64,000 nucleotides of DNA from Candidatus Eiseniibacteriota bacterium (GCA_965224245.1 OZ245046.1:448001-512000), one strand, 5' to 3'; shown: positions 17,531 through 27,995, counted from the first letter of the stretch. The notes: generated by a model not told the origin, from the letters alone. Program-made: numbers and translations.

Positions 17531-19294
17531 GTGTCCGGGATCTACACCGTCCTGGCCCGCAAGTGGCGGCCGCTGACGTTCGACGACGTCGTCGGGCAGG
17601 ACGTCGTCGTCCGGACGCTGCGCAACGCCATCGACCGGGATCGCGTCGCCCACGCGTACCTGTTCGCGGGATCGCGCGGCACGGGCAAGACGACGGTGGC
17701 CCGCATCCTCGCGCGTGCGCTGAACTGTGCCGACGGGCCCACCGCGACGCCGTGCGGCGAGTGTGACACGTGCCGCGACATTCTCTCCGGCACGTCGCTC
17801 GACGTGCTGGAGATCGACGGCGCGTCCACGCGCGGCATCGACGACGTGAGGCGCCTTCGCGAGGACGTGAAGCTCGCGCCGTCGAAGGGTCGCAAGAAGG
17901 TCTACATCGTGGACGAGGTCCACATGCTGACCCATCAGGCCTTCAACGCGCTGTTGAAGACGCTCGAAGAGCCGCCGGCGCACGTCGTGTTCGTGCTCGC
18001 GACCACCGATCCCCAGAAGCTGCCCGATACGATCCTCTCGCGATGCCAGCGCTACAACTTCACGCGCATCTCGGTGCCCGACACCGTGGCCCGCCTCAAG
18101 CACGTCGTCGAGTCCGAGGGGGTCGCGCTCGACGACGCGGCGCTCCTCGTGCTCGCTCGCCGCTCGGGCGGCGCGCTCCGCGACGCGCTCGGGTTCCTGG
18201 ATCAGGTCATGGCCACCGGCGAGGTGGAGAGCGCGGGCAAGACACCCATCGGCGAGTCGGCCGTCGTCGACGCGCTGGGGCTCGTCGGTTCGGACGTCTA
18301 CACCGGGCTGTTACGCGCGTTCGTCGAGCACGATGCGGCGGCCGCCCTGGCCATCGTGTCCGAAGCGCACCGGAGCGGCCACGACGTGGAGTTCTTCGTC
18401 CAGGGCCTCGTCGACGTGCTACGCGACGTGCTCGTCATCAAGTCGACGCCGGCGACCGGAGGTGACTCGGCGCCGTCGCTGGGCGACATCCTCGATCGCT
18501 CGCCCGACGACTGCCGCGAGCTCACCGAGCTGACCGGGCCTCTCGGGCTCGGCGACGTCCTGCGGCTCATCCGCATCGCGCTGGAGACGTCCGATCAGCT
18601 GCGCAGCTCGGACTACCCGTGGGTCCACCTCGAGGTGAGCATCGTCGAGATGGCGAGCCTCGATCGCGTCGCCGACCTCTCCGAGCTGATCGGGGCGATC
18701 GGCTCGGACCCACCCGGCGGCGGCGGCGGCGCGCAGGCACGACCGCCGCGCGAGCGCACGACGACGCGGGACGCACGCGCGCGCGGCGGCACACGGTCGC
18801 CAGGCAAAGGCACCTCGTCCGGCGCATCGGCCGGGATGAGCGCGAGTGCGGACGCCGTCGGTCTGGTGGAGGTTCTGTCCGCGGCCTCCGAGGCCCCTCC
18901 GCCCGCGACCAGCGCGGCACCCACGTCGTTCGAGGACGGGACGCCGCTTCCGCCCGAGCTGTGGCGATCGGTGCTCGACCGCGTGAAGTCCGAGAAGCCG
19001 CTCCTGTGGAGCGTGCTCACACAGGGTGAGCCGGGCCCGGTCCGGGGCGGTGCGCTCACGTTCCAGGTGGATCCCGACAACGGCTTTCACGTCGAGCAGC
19101 TGCGCGAGCCGGCACACCTCGACCTCATTCGGGGCTGCCTCAGCGCCGCGTGCGAGACGGATCTCGGGTTCCGGATCGCGCTGGCCGACGGTGCGGGCAA
19201 GCACGCTCACCTGCCCGAGGAGCGCCGAAAGGTGCTGGCCGATCCGTTCGTACAGAAGGTGCTGGAGTTTCTCGACGGCGAGGTCGTCGACTAG
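17531..19294 (+). CDS. dnaX: DNA polymerase III subunit gamma/tau
   Basis: LARKWRP, GSRGTGKTT, Zn cysteines, DEVHML, SRC. Confidence 0.97.
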   Translation: MSGIYTVLARKWRPLTFDDVVGQDVVVRTLRNAIDRDRVAHAYLFAGSRGTGKTTVARILARALNCADGPTATPCGECDTCRDILSGTSLDVLEIDGASTRGIDDVRRLREDVKLAPSKGRKKVYIVDEVHMLTHQAFNALLKTLEEPPAHVVFVLATTDPQKLPDTILSRCQRYNFTRISVPDTVARLKHVVESEGVALDDAALLVLARRSGGALRDALGFLDQVMATGEVESAGKTPIGESAVVDALGLVGSDVYTGLLRAFVEHDAAAALAIVSEAHRSGHDVEFFVQGLVDVLRDVLVIKSTPATGGDSAPSLGDILDRSPDDCRELTELTGPLGLGDVLRLIRIALETSDQLRSSDYPWVHLEVSIVEMASLDRVADLSELIGAIGSDPPGGGGGAQARPPRERTTTRDARARGGTRSPGKGTSSGASAGMSASADAVGLVEVLSAASEAPPPATSAAPTSFEDGTPLPPELWRSVLDRVKSEKPLLWSVLTQGEPGPVRGGALTFQVDPDNGFHVEQLREPAHLDLIRGCLSAACETDLGFRIALADGAGKHAHLPEERRKVLADPFVQKVLEFLDGEVVD

Positions 19295-19311
19295 ATGGGA
19301 GCGGGATCTCG

Positions 19312-19626
19312 ATGGACATCAATCAGCTGATGAAGCAGGCGCAGAAGATGCAGGCCAAGATGGCCAAGGCCCAGGAGCGCCTGGAGGAGATCGAAGTCTC
19401 CGCGACCGCCGGCGGCGGTGTCGTCGAGGTGCGTGCCAACGCGAAGCAGGAGATCCTCGGCATCTCCATCAAGCCCGAGGCGGTCGATCCCGACGACGTC
19501 GAGATGCTCGAGGACCTGATTCTCGGCGCCCTGAAAGAGGTGCAGAAGCTCGCCCGCGATGAGCAGGAAGCGGAGATGGGCAAGGTGACCGGGGGCATGG
19601 GCATGCCGCCGGGCCTCATGGGCTGA
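19312..19626 (+). CDS. ybaB: YbaB/EbfC nucleoid-associated protein
   Basis: MKQAQKMQ...AGGGVV...DVEMLEDLI; lies between dnaX and recR. Confidence 0.96.
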   Translation: MDINQLMKQAQKMQAKMAKAQERLEEIEVSATAGGGVVEVRANAKQEILGISIKPEAVDPDDVEMLEDLILGALKEVQKLARDEQEAEMGKVTGGMGMPPGLMG

Positions 19627-20234
19627 TGCAGTACAGCTCGAAGATCCTCGAGACCCTCGTCGAGGAGTTCGGTCGGCTCCCCGGCATCGGCCGCAAGTCC
19701 GCGCAGCGAATGGCATTCTACCTCCTGCGCCAGCCGCGGGAGGACGTGCTCGTGCTCGCCGACGCCATCCGGGACGTCAAGGAACGCGTCGTCGAGTGCG
19801 CCGAGTGCGGCAACATCGCCGAGTCCGACGTGTGCCTGATCTGCTCGGATCCTCGCCGCACGCGCGGTCTCATCTGCGTGGTCGAGAACCCGGTGGACGT
19901 GGTCGCGATCGAGCGCACGAGCGTGTTCAACGGGGTCTATCACGTGCTCGGCGGCGGGATCTCACCGCTGGACGGCGTGGGCCCCGACGACATCCGCACC
20001 CGCGAGCTGCTGGCCCGCGTGGACGCCAACGCGGCCACCGAGGTCATCCTGGCCACCAGCGCATCCAGCGTCGGGGAGGCCACCGCGCATTATCTCGAGC
20101 AGCTGCTGCGGGGCAAGTCGGTCCGCGTGACGCGCATTGCCCGCGGTCTGCCCATGGGGGCCGACCTCGAGTTCGCCGATCAGGTGACGGTGCAGAAGGC
20201 GCTCGAAGGAAGACGCGACGTCACTGGAACGTGA
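19626..20234 (+). CDS. recR: Recombination mediator RecR
   Basis: LPGIGRKSAQR, C4 zinc finger, Toprim YHVLGG.ISPLDGVGP. Confidence 0.97.
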   Translation: MQYSSKILETLVEEFGRLPGIGRKSAQRMAFYLLRQPREDVLVLADAIRDVKERVVECAECGNIAESDVCLICSDPRRTRGLICVVENPVDVVAIERTSVFNGVYHVLGGGISPLDGVGPDDIRTRELLARVDANAATEVILATSASSVGEATAHYLEQLLRGKSVRVTRIARGLPMGADLEFADQVTVQKALEGRRDVTGT

Positions 20235-20306
20235 GTGAGATCGGCCGGAGCGGGATCTCGGGTGAAGCCCGGGCCCGTCGGGTCACGGCTCGATCGGTCC
20301 ATCGCG

Positions 20307-21812
20307 TCATCGCGCGAGCTGCAACCTCCTCGCGGCCACGTCCTCTCCGAGCCGCACCTGGAGGAAATAGACCCCCGGCGCCAGGTCGCGCCCACGCGCA
20401 TCGCGCCCCTGCCACTGCACGAAGGTCGGTGCCGAGGGATGCACCGGCACCTCGTCGACCCACACGCGACGTCCGGTCGCGTCGTGGACCGCGACCTGTG
20501 CGGTGCCTTCCCGACGCGTGGCGACGGCGAAGCGCGTCCGCTCTGCGAACGGATTCGGCTGCGGCGTCGTGAGCACGAGTGCCGGGGTCACCCCCGGCAC
20601 CGCATCACCGGGGACGCCCGTCACGTCGGAGACGATCTTGAAGATCTGCCCCAGGTTCGTTCCGGTCCAGTGCCAGTCGATCGCGTAGAGCTCGCCTGAG
20701 GCATCCTCACCGAATCCGACGAGAAACGTGAAGTCGTCGCCCGGCGGCGGTCCGAGCTCGACCGAGCGATTGGTGAGCTCGGTGAGCGTCGATCCGTCGT
20801 ACTTGAACGTCCAGATCTCGCTCGTGCACCAGTCGGAGAAGAAGTAGCACCCGTAGAGCTCGGGGACTTCACTGCCGCGATACACGAAGCCACCGTTGAC
20901 CGAGCACCCCGGGCCGTGGGCGTAGCTGTAGACGGGAGGGGTGAAGGTCGGGTCGTCGCAGTCGGTGGGAGGGATGTAGCAGGCGTCGGCTTCCTTCATG
21001 CTCCACCCGTAGTTCAGTCCGCCGGGACTCGCGGCGGGCTGGAAGTTCACCTCCTCGTAGCGGTCGAGACCGACGTCGGCCAGCCAGAGGTCGTGGGTCT
21101 CGCGATCGAAGCTCATGCCCCAGGGCGATCGGATGCCGATGGTCCAGATCTCCTCCCGATACCCGGGGACCCCGACGAACGGGTTGTCGGGCGGGATGGC
21201 GTATCCGGTCGGCACGTCGACGTCGATGCGCAGGATCTTGCCCAGGAGCCGGCTCGGGTCCTGTCCGGATTCGTGGAAGTCGCTGCCGTACCCGCCGTCG
21301 CCCAGCGAGACGTACAGGTAGCCGTCGTTCGGTCCGAACGCGAGATACCCGCCGTTGTGGTCGTAGCCCGGCTGGTCCACCGTCAGGAGCACGGACTCCG
21401 TGCCGGGGTCGGCGATGTCGGGGTCCGCTGAGACCTCGAATCGCGAGATCCGGGTGCGTAGACCCGGGATCGTGTAGTTCACGAAGAAGTAGCCGTTCGT
21501 GGCGTAGTCCGGGTGAAAGGTCAGGCCCAGGAGACCCTGAAAGAGGCCGTCGGTCTCCAGCTGGGACGACAGGTCCAGGAACGGCGTGGGCAAGAGCTCG
21601 CCATCGCCGACGATCCGGATCCGTCCTTCCATCTCGATGATGAAGAGGCGCGGGTCGCCCGGTGGAGAGGTGAGGACGATCGGCTTCTGGAGGCCATCGA
21701 CGACCTTCTCCAGGTGGGCGGCCCGCGCGTCGTTCCCGGTCACGAGGACCGTGCAGACGGCCAGCATGATGGACCGATTGGAGACCGCGACGAAAGAGCG
21801 GGGCGCGCGCAT
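20307..21812 (-). CDS. PQQ-dependent sugar (glucose/sorbosone) dehydrogenase with FlgD-Ig/T9SS-like C-terminal domain
   Basis: GLLGLTFHPDY, HNGG, GDGG, GKILRID, IPPDNPF, GxNYGW. CTD PNPF...WQGRD..G..LAPGVY. Confidence 0.9.
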   Translation of the reverse strand: MRAPRSFVAVSNRSIMLAVCTVLVTGNDARAAHLEKVVDGLQKPIVLTSPPGDPRLFIIEMEGRIRIVGDGELLPTPFLDLSSQLETDGLFQGLLGLTFHPDYATNGYFFVNYTIPGLRTRISRFEVSADPDIADPGTESVLLTVDQPGYDHNGGYLAFGPNDGYLYVSLGDGGYGSDFHESGQDPSRLLGKILRIDVDVPTGYAIPPDNPFVGVPGYREEIWTIGIRSPWGMSFDRETHDLWLADVGLDRYEEVNFQPAASPGGLNYGWSMKEADACYIPPTDCDDPTFTPPVYSYAHGPGCSVNGGFVYRGSEVPELYGCYFFSDWCTSEIWTFKYDGSTLTELTNRSVELGPPPGDDFTFLVGFGEDASGELYAIDWHWTGTNLGQIFKIVSDVTGVPGDAVPGVTPALVLTTPQPNPFAERTRFAVATRREGTAQVAVHDATGRRVWVDEVPVHPSAPTFVQWQGRDARGRDLAPGVYFLQVRLGEDVAARRLQLAR

Positions 21813-21866
21813 GGAATCCCTCCACGGGCCGACGTCATGAGAGCGGGAACACGACGATATCCACCG

Positions 21867-21875
21867 ATTCTAACA
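21867..21875 (-). promoter_or_regulatory. Extended -10 promoter element for the PQQ dehydrogenase gene
   Basis: TGTTAGAAT on the minus strand about 55 nt upstream of the ATG. Confidence 0.5.
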
Positions 21876-21942
21876 GCTCGGGGCCGATGCCGCACAGCGG
21901 CGACCCGACGCGCGCGTGAACGACCCGTCCGCGCCGCCCGCA

Positions 21943-23274
21943 TCACCGACAGGCGAGCGCCTCCGCCACCGTGGCCGCCAGCTCGCGCGCGATGACCGCG
22001 TTTCCCATCGCGGTCGGATGCACGGCGTCGGCGAAGACCCGCGTGGGATCGCCGTGCGTGGCGAGATCGGTCAGCGCGCGCTCGGCGTCCACGAGGGCGA
22101 CGCCGAGTCGCTCGGCGCTTCGGCGGATCGTGTCGTTGTAGAGTCCGAGCAGCTGCCGCTCGGTGTCGAGGCGCGCCGCGGCCTCGAACTCGATCGCGGC
22201 CGCCGCCGAGTCCCCGGCACTCTCGTGGGCCAGGCCGAGCAGGTAGTGCGGCAACGGCCAGTGCGGCACCTCCTCCTGGATGGCCTGCACGCTCGGCGCG
22301 ATCGTCCGGGCGAGCGACGCGGGCAGCGGCTCGTTGCCGAAGATGTGACGGACCACCGGGCGTGCCGCGTCGCGGGGAAGACGCGCGAGCATCCAGTTCA
22401 GCGAGAACACGCGGCGACCGGTTCCGTCCCGGGCCAGCGGGATCGGCGTCTCCACGAGGGGCACCCGCGGTCGGATGGGGACGGTGACGAGCACCGGCGT
22501 GGCGCCGTCGGCGCGCACGTCCGCAACCAGCGCGGCCAGGTTCGCCTCGAAGCGTGAGAGGGACACGCGCGGGCGCCAGCCGGACCGGTCGTCGCGTTCG
22601 CCATCGCCGTTCGCTCCCGACGACGTCGCGGCGCCGACCAGCGACTCCAGCGCACGGAACGCGTGCGAGTGCCGAAGCCACGCCAGGGCCGTCGTGCTCG
22701 ACCGTGAGCGCTTCTCGGCGTCGGACTCGGCGGACAGGTGGTGATCGTTGTATCCGTACAGGAGCGTCACCACGCGCGGAGAGAGAGGACGTACGTCGCG
22801 TTCGTAGTAGCGCCGACCCTGCTCGGACGAGTAGCCGACGACGCCCGCATTCAGCACCTCGACACCGGCACAGCCCCCATCGACGAGGGCGCGCTCGAGC
22901 AGGGCGGGGTACGTGTCGGCGTAGATCGGCGTGGTGTAGCCGAACGTCACCGAGTTGCCCAGAGAGGCCACGTCGTACCGGGAGGGAGCGTCACCGCTCT
23001 CGCTCTCGCGGAAGCCGGCATCGCTGATCCGGATCGACTCGGCCCGATAGCCGGGCCGGATTCGCCACAGGAGCTCGTCGTCGGGCTCGTGATAGAGATT
23101 GCGCAGATGATCGAACGCCTCGGAGAACTGCGTCTCGCCCGAGCCGGTTCCGAGATCGGGGCGCACGAGCCGGGTCAGGATCTCCGCCGCGCCCGCGACG
23201 AGGAGCACCACCAGCACCCCGAAGCCGACGGCGACGAGCCGACCTCGCACCGCCGAGCGCGCGGGGTCCTTCAT
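21943..23274 (-). CDS. Membrane-anchored SGNH/GDSL hydrolase
   Basis: LGNSVTFG, NAGVVGYSS, YGYND, DAVHP. ATG overlaps the upstream TGA. Confidence 0.88.
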   Translation of the reverse strand: MKDPARSAVRGRLVAVGFGVLVVLLVAGAAEILTRLVRPDLGTGSGETQFSEAFDHLRNLYHEPDDELLWRIRPGYRAESIRISDAGFRESESGDAPSRYDVASLGNSVTFGYTTPIYADTYPALLERALVDGGCAGVEVLNAGVVGYSSEQGRRYYERDVRPLSPRVVTLLYGYNDHHLSAESDAEKRSRSSTTALAWLRHSHAFRALESLVGAATSSGANGDGERDDRSGWRPRVSLSRFEANLAALVADVRADGATPVLVTVPIRPRVPLVETPIPLARDGTGRRVFSLNWMLARLPRDAARPVVRHIFGNEPLPASLARTIAPSVQAIQEEVPHWPLPHYLLGLAHESAGDSAAAAIEFEAAARLDTERQLLGLYNDTIRRSAERLGVALVDAERALTDLATHGDPTRVFADAVHPTAMGNAVIARELAATVAEALACR

Positions 23275-24848
23275 CACGGCCCTCCCTCCGATGCCGGCGC
23301 CGGCATCGGGACCTCGCACCGATAGACGTCGACCGGCGTGCCCAGTACCGCGAGCCGGCCCGACGCGACCGGCGTGGGCGAGCGCGTGACACCCACGGCA
23401 TCGAGCGTTCGTCCCAGGAGCGTCCCGAACGGATCGTCGGTCACGAACACGATCGCCCGCGCGGGGCGGCCGATGTCCTGCACCGCGCCACCCAGCTCGG
23501 CGACGAAGGCGGCCACCAGCGCGTCGGGGTCGCGCAGCCGGGATCGCGGCAGGCTTCCCGGATGATCGCGCATCTCGACCGGAAACGGAACGAAGCGAAG
23601 CCCGGCGCCGCGCTCGCGTGCGTAGTGCTCGAGCGGTGCGAGGGTGAGCCCCGAGGTGATGACCAGGTCCGCGTCGTGGGCGTTTCGCACGAGGCCCTCC
23701 GCCAGCGTACGGTCGCTCGACTTGACGTCGCTCCCGGCGTACCGCGCGAGCTGGATCGCGGACAGCGCGACGACGATCGCGAGGAGCGCGATCGCGAGCG
23801 CTCGGCGGGTCCGGACGACGGCCAGCGAGAGCGCGAGCACGAGCAGGGGCAGCACGATCAGGTCGGCGCGCGCGGCGGCGTAGATGGGTCGGCCGGCCAG
23901 CGACACACCGGCGGCGATCGCCAGCGGGGTGACCGCGAACGCGGCCAGCGCGACGATCGATCGATCGCCCGGTCGCCGTCGAATACCGACGACCGCGGTC
24001 CCCACGATGACCGCCAGCAACGCGATCGCGACGCCCCCGGGCACGATGCCCGGCGGCATCGGCACGTACGCGGGCAGAGGGGATCCGGGCACGAGCGCGT
24101 TCGCGGTGGCCAGCAGAAGGGACGGCTCCCAGCGCGCGGACAGCCACGACGTCGCGCCGAAGCGCAGCTGATCGACGAGCACCGGAACCCACGGGGCGTA
24201 CGCGGTCACCGCGATCGCCTGTACGACCGCGAGCGCGCCGAGCGTGCGCGCGGGACGTCGTTCGACGAGCGCAAAGGCCATCGCCGCCGGCAGCAGGAGC
24301 AGTCCGTAGTTGTGGAGATACAGTCCGATCACCGTGACCAGCGCGTGGGCCGCGCCGGTTGCGAGCGCCGGCCGGACGAGGAACGCGCTCAGCGTCCACG
24401 CCGAGCCGATGCCGACCAGCGGCAGGAGCGCATAGTATCGCGCGTCCTGCGCGTGCAGCACCAGCAGCGGCAGCACCGCGGTCACGATCGCGGCACCGCG
24501 CCGTGCCGCCAGCGCGGCCGGCCAGCGCGACCTCGCGAATGCATACAGGACGAGCGGTGTGGCGATCCCGGCCAGCGCGGATGGAAGGCGCAGGCTCCAC
24601 TCGGACGTACCCCCGAGCGTGATCTGACGACCGAGGAGCCAGTAGTAGAGCGGCGGGCCGGAGTCCAGCCGCAGCCAGGCGACCAGGTCCGCCAGACGAC
24701 GTCGCGCGACGAGTGCGCTGAACGACTCGTCCAGCCATAGACCACGATCACCCAGACCCACGAGGCGGATGCACGCGAGCCCCACCAGGAGAGTGACGAA
24801 CGCGATGCTCCCGACCCGCGACCGGCGGGTCGCCTCGCGGACGGTCAT
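23274..24848 (-). CDS. GT-C glycosyltransferase (family 39/PMT/ArnT-like)
   Basis: GLWLDE, PPLYY, LRLPSAL, AQDARYY, multiple TMs. Confidence 0.85.
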   Translation of the reverse strand: MTVREATRRSRVGSIAFVTLLVGLACIRLVGLGDRGLWLDESFSALVARRRLADLVAWLRLDSGPPLYYWLLGRQITLGGTSEWSLRLPSALAGIATPLVLYAFARSRWPAALAARRGAAIVTAVLPLLVLHAQDARYYALLPLVGIGSAWTLSAFLVRPALATGAAHALVTVIGLYLHNYGLLLLPAAMAFALVERRPARTLGALAVVQAIAVTAYAPWVPVLVDQLRFGATSWLSARWEPSLLLATANALVPGSPLPAYVPMPPGIVPGGVAIALLAVIVGTAVVGIRRRPGDRSIVALAAFAVTPLAIAAGVSLAGRPIYAAARADLIVLPLLVLALSLAVVRTRRALAIALLAIVVALSAIQLARYAGSDVKSSDRTLAEGLVRNAHDADLVITSGLTLAPLEHYARERGAGLRFVPFPVEMRDHPGSLPRSRLRDPDALVAAFVAELGGAVQDIGRPARAIVFVTDDPFGTLLGRTLDAVGVTRSPTPVASGRLAVLGTPVDVYRCEVPMPAPASEGGP

Positions 24849-24887
24849 GTCCAGACCGCCGGGGACGGAGACCGCGGCAAATAGTCG

Positions 24888-24916
24888 TTGACACCTCCGG
24901 GCCGTTTCGGTATCGA
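24888..24916 (+). promoter_or_regulatory. Possible sigma70 promoter for mglB-mglA
   Basis: TTGACA-17 bp-TATCGA. Confidence 0.45.
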
Positions 24917-25158
24917 GGTTTCCGTGCGCCCTTGAGTCCGTTCAACCTCATGCGCGAACGGACCTTGCGGCGCCGATGCGGCGTCTGGTGTCGGGTTGCG
25001 ACGCCGGGAGACCGGGGCCGGTGTCCGTGTGAGCGTTTCTCGTGACGGGCGGGTCCGGTCGGCCGTGCGGGGCAAGGACGTCCCGAGGCCGGAGCGGGCA
25101 TGCCCGTGTTCCCGCGACCTCGCGATCATGTCGACGTCAGCCGAAGGAGGCATGGACA

Positions 25159-25665
25159 ATGACGCCGGAATCGCAGTGGGCGCTGATCGAGGAGGATCTC
25201 GCGCCGTTTCGCGTGCTTCTCCATCGGCTCCTGCGCAAGTCCTCCGCGGCCACCGCCATCCTCACCGATGGCACCGGTCAGTTGATGACGTCGGTGGGGC
25301 AGCGCCCCGAGGTCGATGTCGACACGTTCCTCGTTCTGTGTGCGAGCGAGTACGCCGCCACTCGTGAGATGGCTCTGCTCCTGGGCGAGGAGCGCTTCCA
25401 CTCACTGTATCACGAGAGCGACACGCGCCAGCTCTACATCACCGAGCTGCGTCCCGACGCGCTCCTGGTGCTGATGTTCAATCGCGGGAGCACGCTCGGG
25501 CTCGTGCGCTGGGCGCTGAAGAAGTATCAGCGTGAGCTCCTGCGCGCGCTCGACCTCGCGGTCGCCGCGGCCTCCGAACGCCGCGACATCGCGGCCGAGA
25601 CCGGAGCCGTCGCGCCCAGCGCGTCGGAGGTCGAGGACGCGCTGGACGCGTTCTTCGACGCCTGA
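25159..25665 (+). CDS. mglB: Roadblock/LC7 protein, MglB-like GAP
   Basis: AILTDGTGQL, ATREMALLLGE..F, LGLVR; RBS AGGAGG; precedes mglA. Confidence 0.88.
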   Translation: MTPESQWALIEEDLAPFRVLLHRLLRKSSAATAILTDGTGQLMTSVGQRPEVDVDTFLVLCASEYAATREMALLLGEERFHSLYHESDTRQLYITELRPDALLVLMFNRGSTLGLVRWALKKYQRELLRALDLAVAAASERRDIAAETGAVAPSASEVEDALDAFFDA

Positions 25666-25673
25666 GGTCCACG

Positions 25674-26324
25674 GTGACATCGGGCACGGGCCCGCGTCGC
25701 CGGACCGACGTCGACGAGCTCCGCATCAAGATCGTCTTCGCCGGACCCGGCCTCAGCGGCAAGACGACCAACCTCATGCAGCTCCACGATCGCGCCCCCG
25801 AGGATCGTCGCGGACGTCTCGTGTCGCTCTCGTCGGGTGACGAGCGCACGCTCTTCTTCGACTTCTTGCCCCTGGATCTCGGCGCCGTCGGCCGCCGTCG
25901 CGTGCGGCTGGCGCTGTACTCGGTGCCCGGACAGAACCGCTTCCGGGTGAATCAGGCGTTGATCCTCCGGGACGCCGGTGGCATCGTCTTCGTCGCCGAT
26001 TCGCACCCGTTCCGGCGCGACGCCAACGTCCGGAGCCTCGAGCTCCTGAAGGCCCACCTCGCCGAGACCGGACGCGTGCTCTCGGCGCGTGCCGAGCTGC
26101 CCGACGAGGTGCCCGTGGTGATGCAGTACAACAAGCGTGATCTTCCCACGCGGATGCCGCTCGACGAGCTCGAGTCCGCGCTGAACCCGGGCCGGGCGCC
26201 GTTCGTGCCGGCGATCGCCGTGCGGGGACGAGGCGTTGCGGACACCCTGAAGGAGATCACGCGGCGTGCGCTCGCCCGATGCCTGCGCGAGGCGGCCGGC
26301 GCGGGACGATCCGTGGATGGATAG
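25674..26324 (+). CDS. mglA: MglA-family small GTPase
   Basis: GPGLSGKTTN, ERTLFFDFLP, SVPGQ, NKRDLP. Confidence 0.92.
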   Translation: MTSGTGPRRRTDVDELRIKIVFAGPGLSGKTTNLMQLHDRAPEDRRGRLVSLSSGDERTLFFDFLPLDLGAVGRRRVRLALYSVPGQNRFRVNQALILRDAGGIVFVADSHPFRRDANVRSLELLKAHLAETGRVLSARAELPDEVPVVMQYNKRDLPTRMPLDELESALNPGRAPFVPAIAVRGRGVADTLKEITRRALARCLREAAGAGRSVDG

Positions 26325-26766
26325 CCTCGTTCGCGTCCTGGCGACGTTCTTCGGCACCGGTCACTTTCCGTTCGCCCCCGCGACGTTCGCATCGCTCGTC
26401 TTCGGTGTCGTGGCGTTCGCGCTTCCCACGCCGTCGGACGGCGCGTGGATCGCGGCCACGCTCCTGGTCACGCTGGTCGGCATCCAGCTCAGCTCTCGCG
26501 CCGAGCGGTTCTACGGCCACGACGGCAGCCCCATCGTCATCGACGAGGTGGCCGGGATGATGGTCACGCTGGCCATGATCCCGAAGGATCCGCTCTGGCT
26601 GTGGCCGGTGGGCTTCCTGGCGTTCCGGGCGTTCGACATCGTCAAGCCGTTCCCGGCCGGGCGCGCCCAGGAGCTGCCGAGGGGCTTCGGCGTGATGCTC
26701 GACGACGTCGTGGCCGGCGTGTACGCGCATCTCGTGGTCCGCATCGCGATGAGGCTCTGGACGTGA
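26317..26766 (+). CDS. pgpA: Phosphatidylglycerophosphatase A
   Basis: IVIDEVAG, FRAFDIVKPFP, GVMLDDVVAG. Confidence 0.93.
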   Translation: MDSLVRVLATFFGTGHFPFAPATFASLVFGVVAFALPTPSDGAWIAATLLVTLVGIQLSSRAERFYGHDGSPIVIDEVAGMMVTLAMIPKDPLWLWPVGFLAFRAFDIVKPFPAGRAQELPRGFGVMLDDVVAGVYAHLVVRIAMRLWT

Positions 26767-27995
26767 GCGTCGCGATCATCTCGATCGGCGACGAGCTCCT
26801 CGACGGTCACACGCTCGACACGAACTTCCAGCACCTGGCCGCCGCGCTCTCGGGGGCCGGACATCGTGTGACCGAGCACGTCACGGTCGGGGATTCGTCC
26901 GCCGCGATCAACCGCGCGATGGACGCGGTTGCGACGCCGGGCCGCATCGTGATCCTGACCGGGGGGCTCGGCGGCACGCCGGACGACGTCACGCTCGACG
27001 CCGTGGGTGCCCGGCTGGGACGCCCACCGGAGGTGGATGCCGAGCTCCACGCGCGCTTCGAGTCGATCTTCGCCGAGCGGGGACGGCGGATGAGCGACGC
27101 GGCCGCCCACATCGCCCGGCGGATCCCGGGCACCGAGCGGCTGGAGAACCCGGTCGGACTGGCACCGGGCGTCCTGGCCGACGAGGGCGGCGTCCGGTAC
27201 GTGCTCCTCCCGGGCGTGCCACGAGAGCTCCGCGCGATCGTCGAGACGTCGCTGCTCCCGAGGCTCGGCGCCGGACCCGACGGGCGCGTGCAGACGTTTC
27301 GGGCGGTGAACGTCGGCGAGGGCGAGGTGGCCAGGAGCCTGGCCGACGCGGGCGTGAGCGGGGTCTCGTTCCTCCCGGCGATCCGGCGCGTGGACGTCGC
27401 GGTGAGGCTCCCGGGCGGCCCGCTGTCGCCCGGCGACGAGGAGCGCCTCGCCCGGATCGTGGCCGCGCTCGGCGACCACCTCATCGGCGACGAGCACGCG
27501 ACGCTGGAAGACGTCTGCACTGCACGACTGATCGAGCGCGGGGAGACGCTCGGACTGGCCGAGAGCCTCACCGGGGGACGCATCGCGGCCGCGTTCACCC
27601 GGGTGCCCGGCGTCTCCCGGACGTTCCTCGGCGGACAGGTGGTCTACTCGAACGACGCCAAGGTGCGCTGGCTCGGCGTGTCGCCCGAGACGCTCGCCGT
27701 GCACGGTGCGGTCAGCGCCGAGACCGCCGGGGAGATGGCCGCCGGTGCCGCCCGGTCGGCCGGCGCGAAGTGGGGCCTCTCCACCACCGGGATCGCGGGA
27801 CCCGGCGGCGCCACCGAGGAGAAGCCGGTGGGCCTCGTCTATCTCGGGCTCGCCCGTCCGGACGGATCGGTGCACGTCGTGCGGCGCCGGTACCTCGGTG
27901 ATCGACTCATGATCGTCGACCACACGGTGGCCGACGCCATGGATCTCCTGCGCCGAGCGCTCTTCGACCTCCCGCTCCCGGCAGGCGCGTCGTGA
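26763..27995 (+). CDS. cinA: CinA family (MoCF domain + NMN deamidase)
   Basis: [36 protein letters not shown]. Confidence 0.95.
   Translation: MSVAIISIGDELLDGHTLDTNFQHLAAALSGAGHRVTEHVTVGDSSAAINRAMDAVATPGRIVILTGGLGGTPDDVTLDAVGARLGRPPEVDAELHARFESIFAERGRRMSDAAAHIARRIPGTERLENPVGLAPGVLADEGGVRYVLLPGVPRELRAIVETSLLPRLGAGPDGRVQTFRAVNVGEGEVARSLADAGVSGVSFLPAIRRVDVAVRLPGGPLSPGDEERLARIVAALGDHLIGDEHATLEDVCTARLIERGETLGLAESLTGGRIAAAFTRVPGVSRTFLGGQVVYSNDAKVRWLGVSPETLAVHGAVSAETAGEMAAGAARSAGAKWGLSTTGIAGPGGATEEKPVGLVYLGLARPDGSVHVVRRRYLGDRLMIVDHTVADAMDLLRRALFDLPLPAGAS

Noticed and set aside
17531-19294. Programmed frameshift or slippage site in dnaX
   Set aside because: No AAAAAAG heptamer or long A-run seen.
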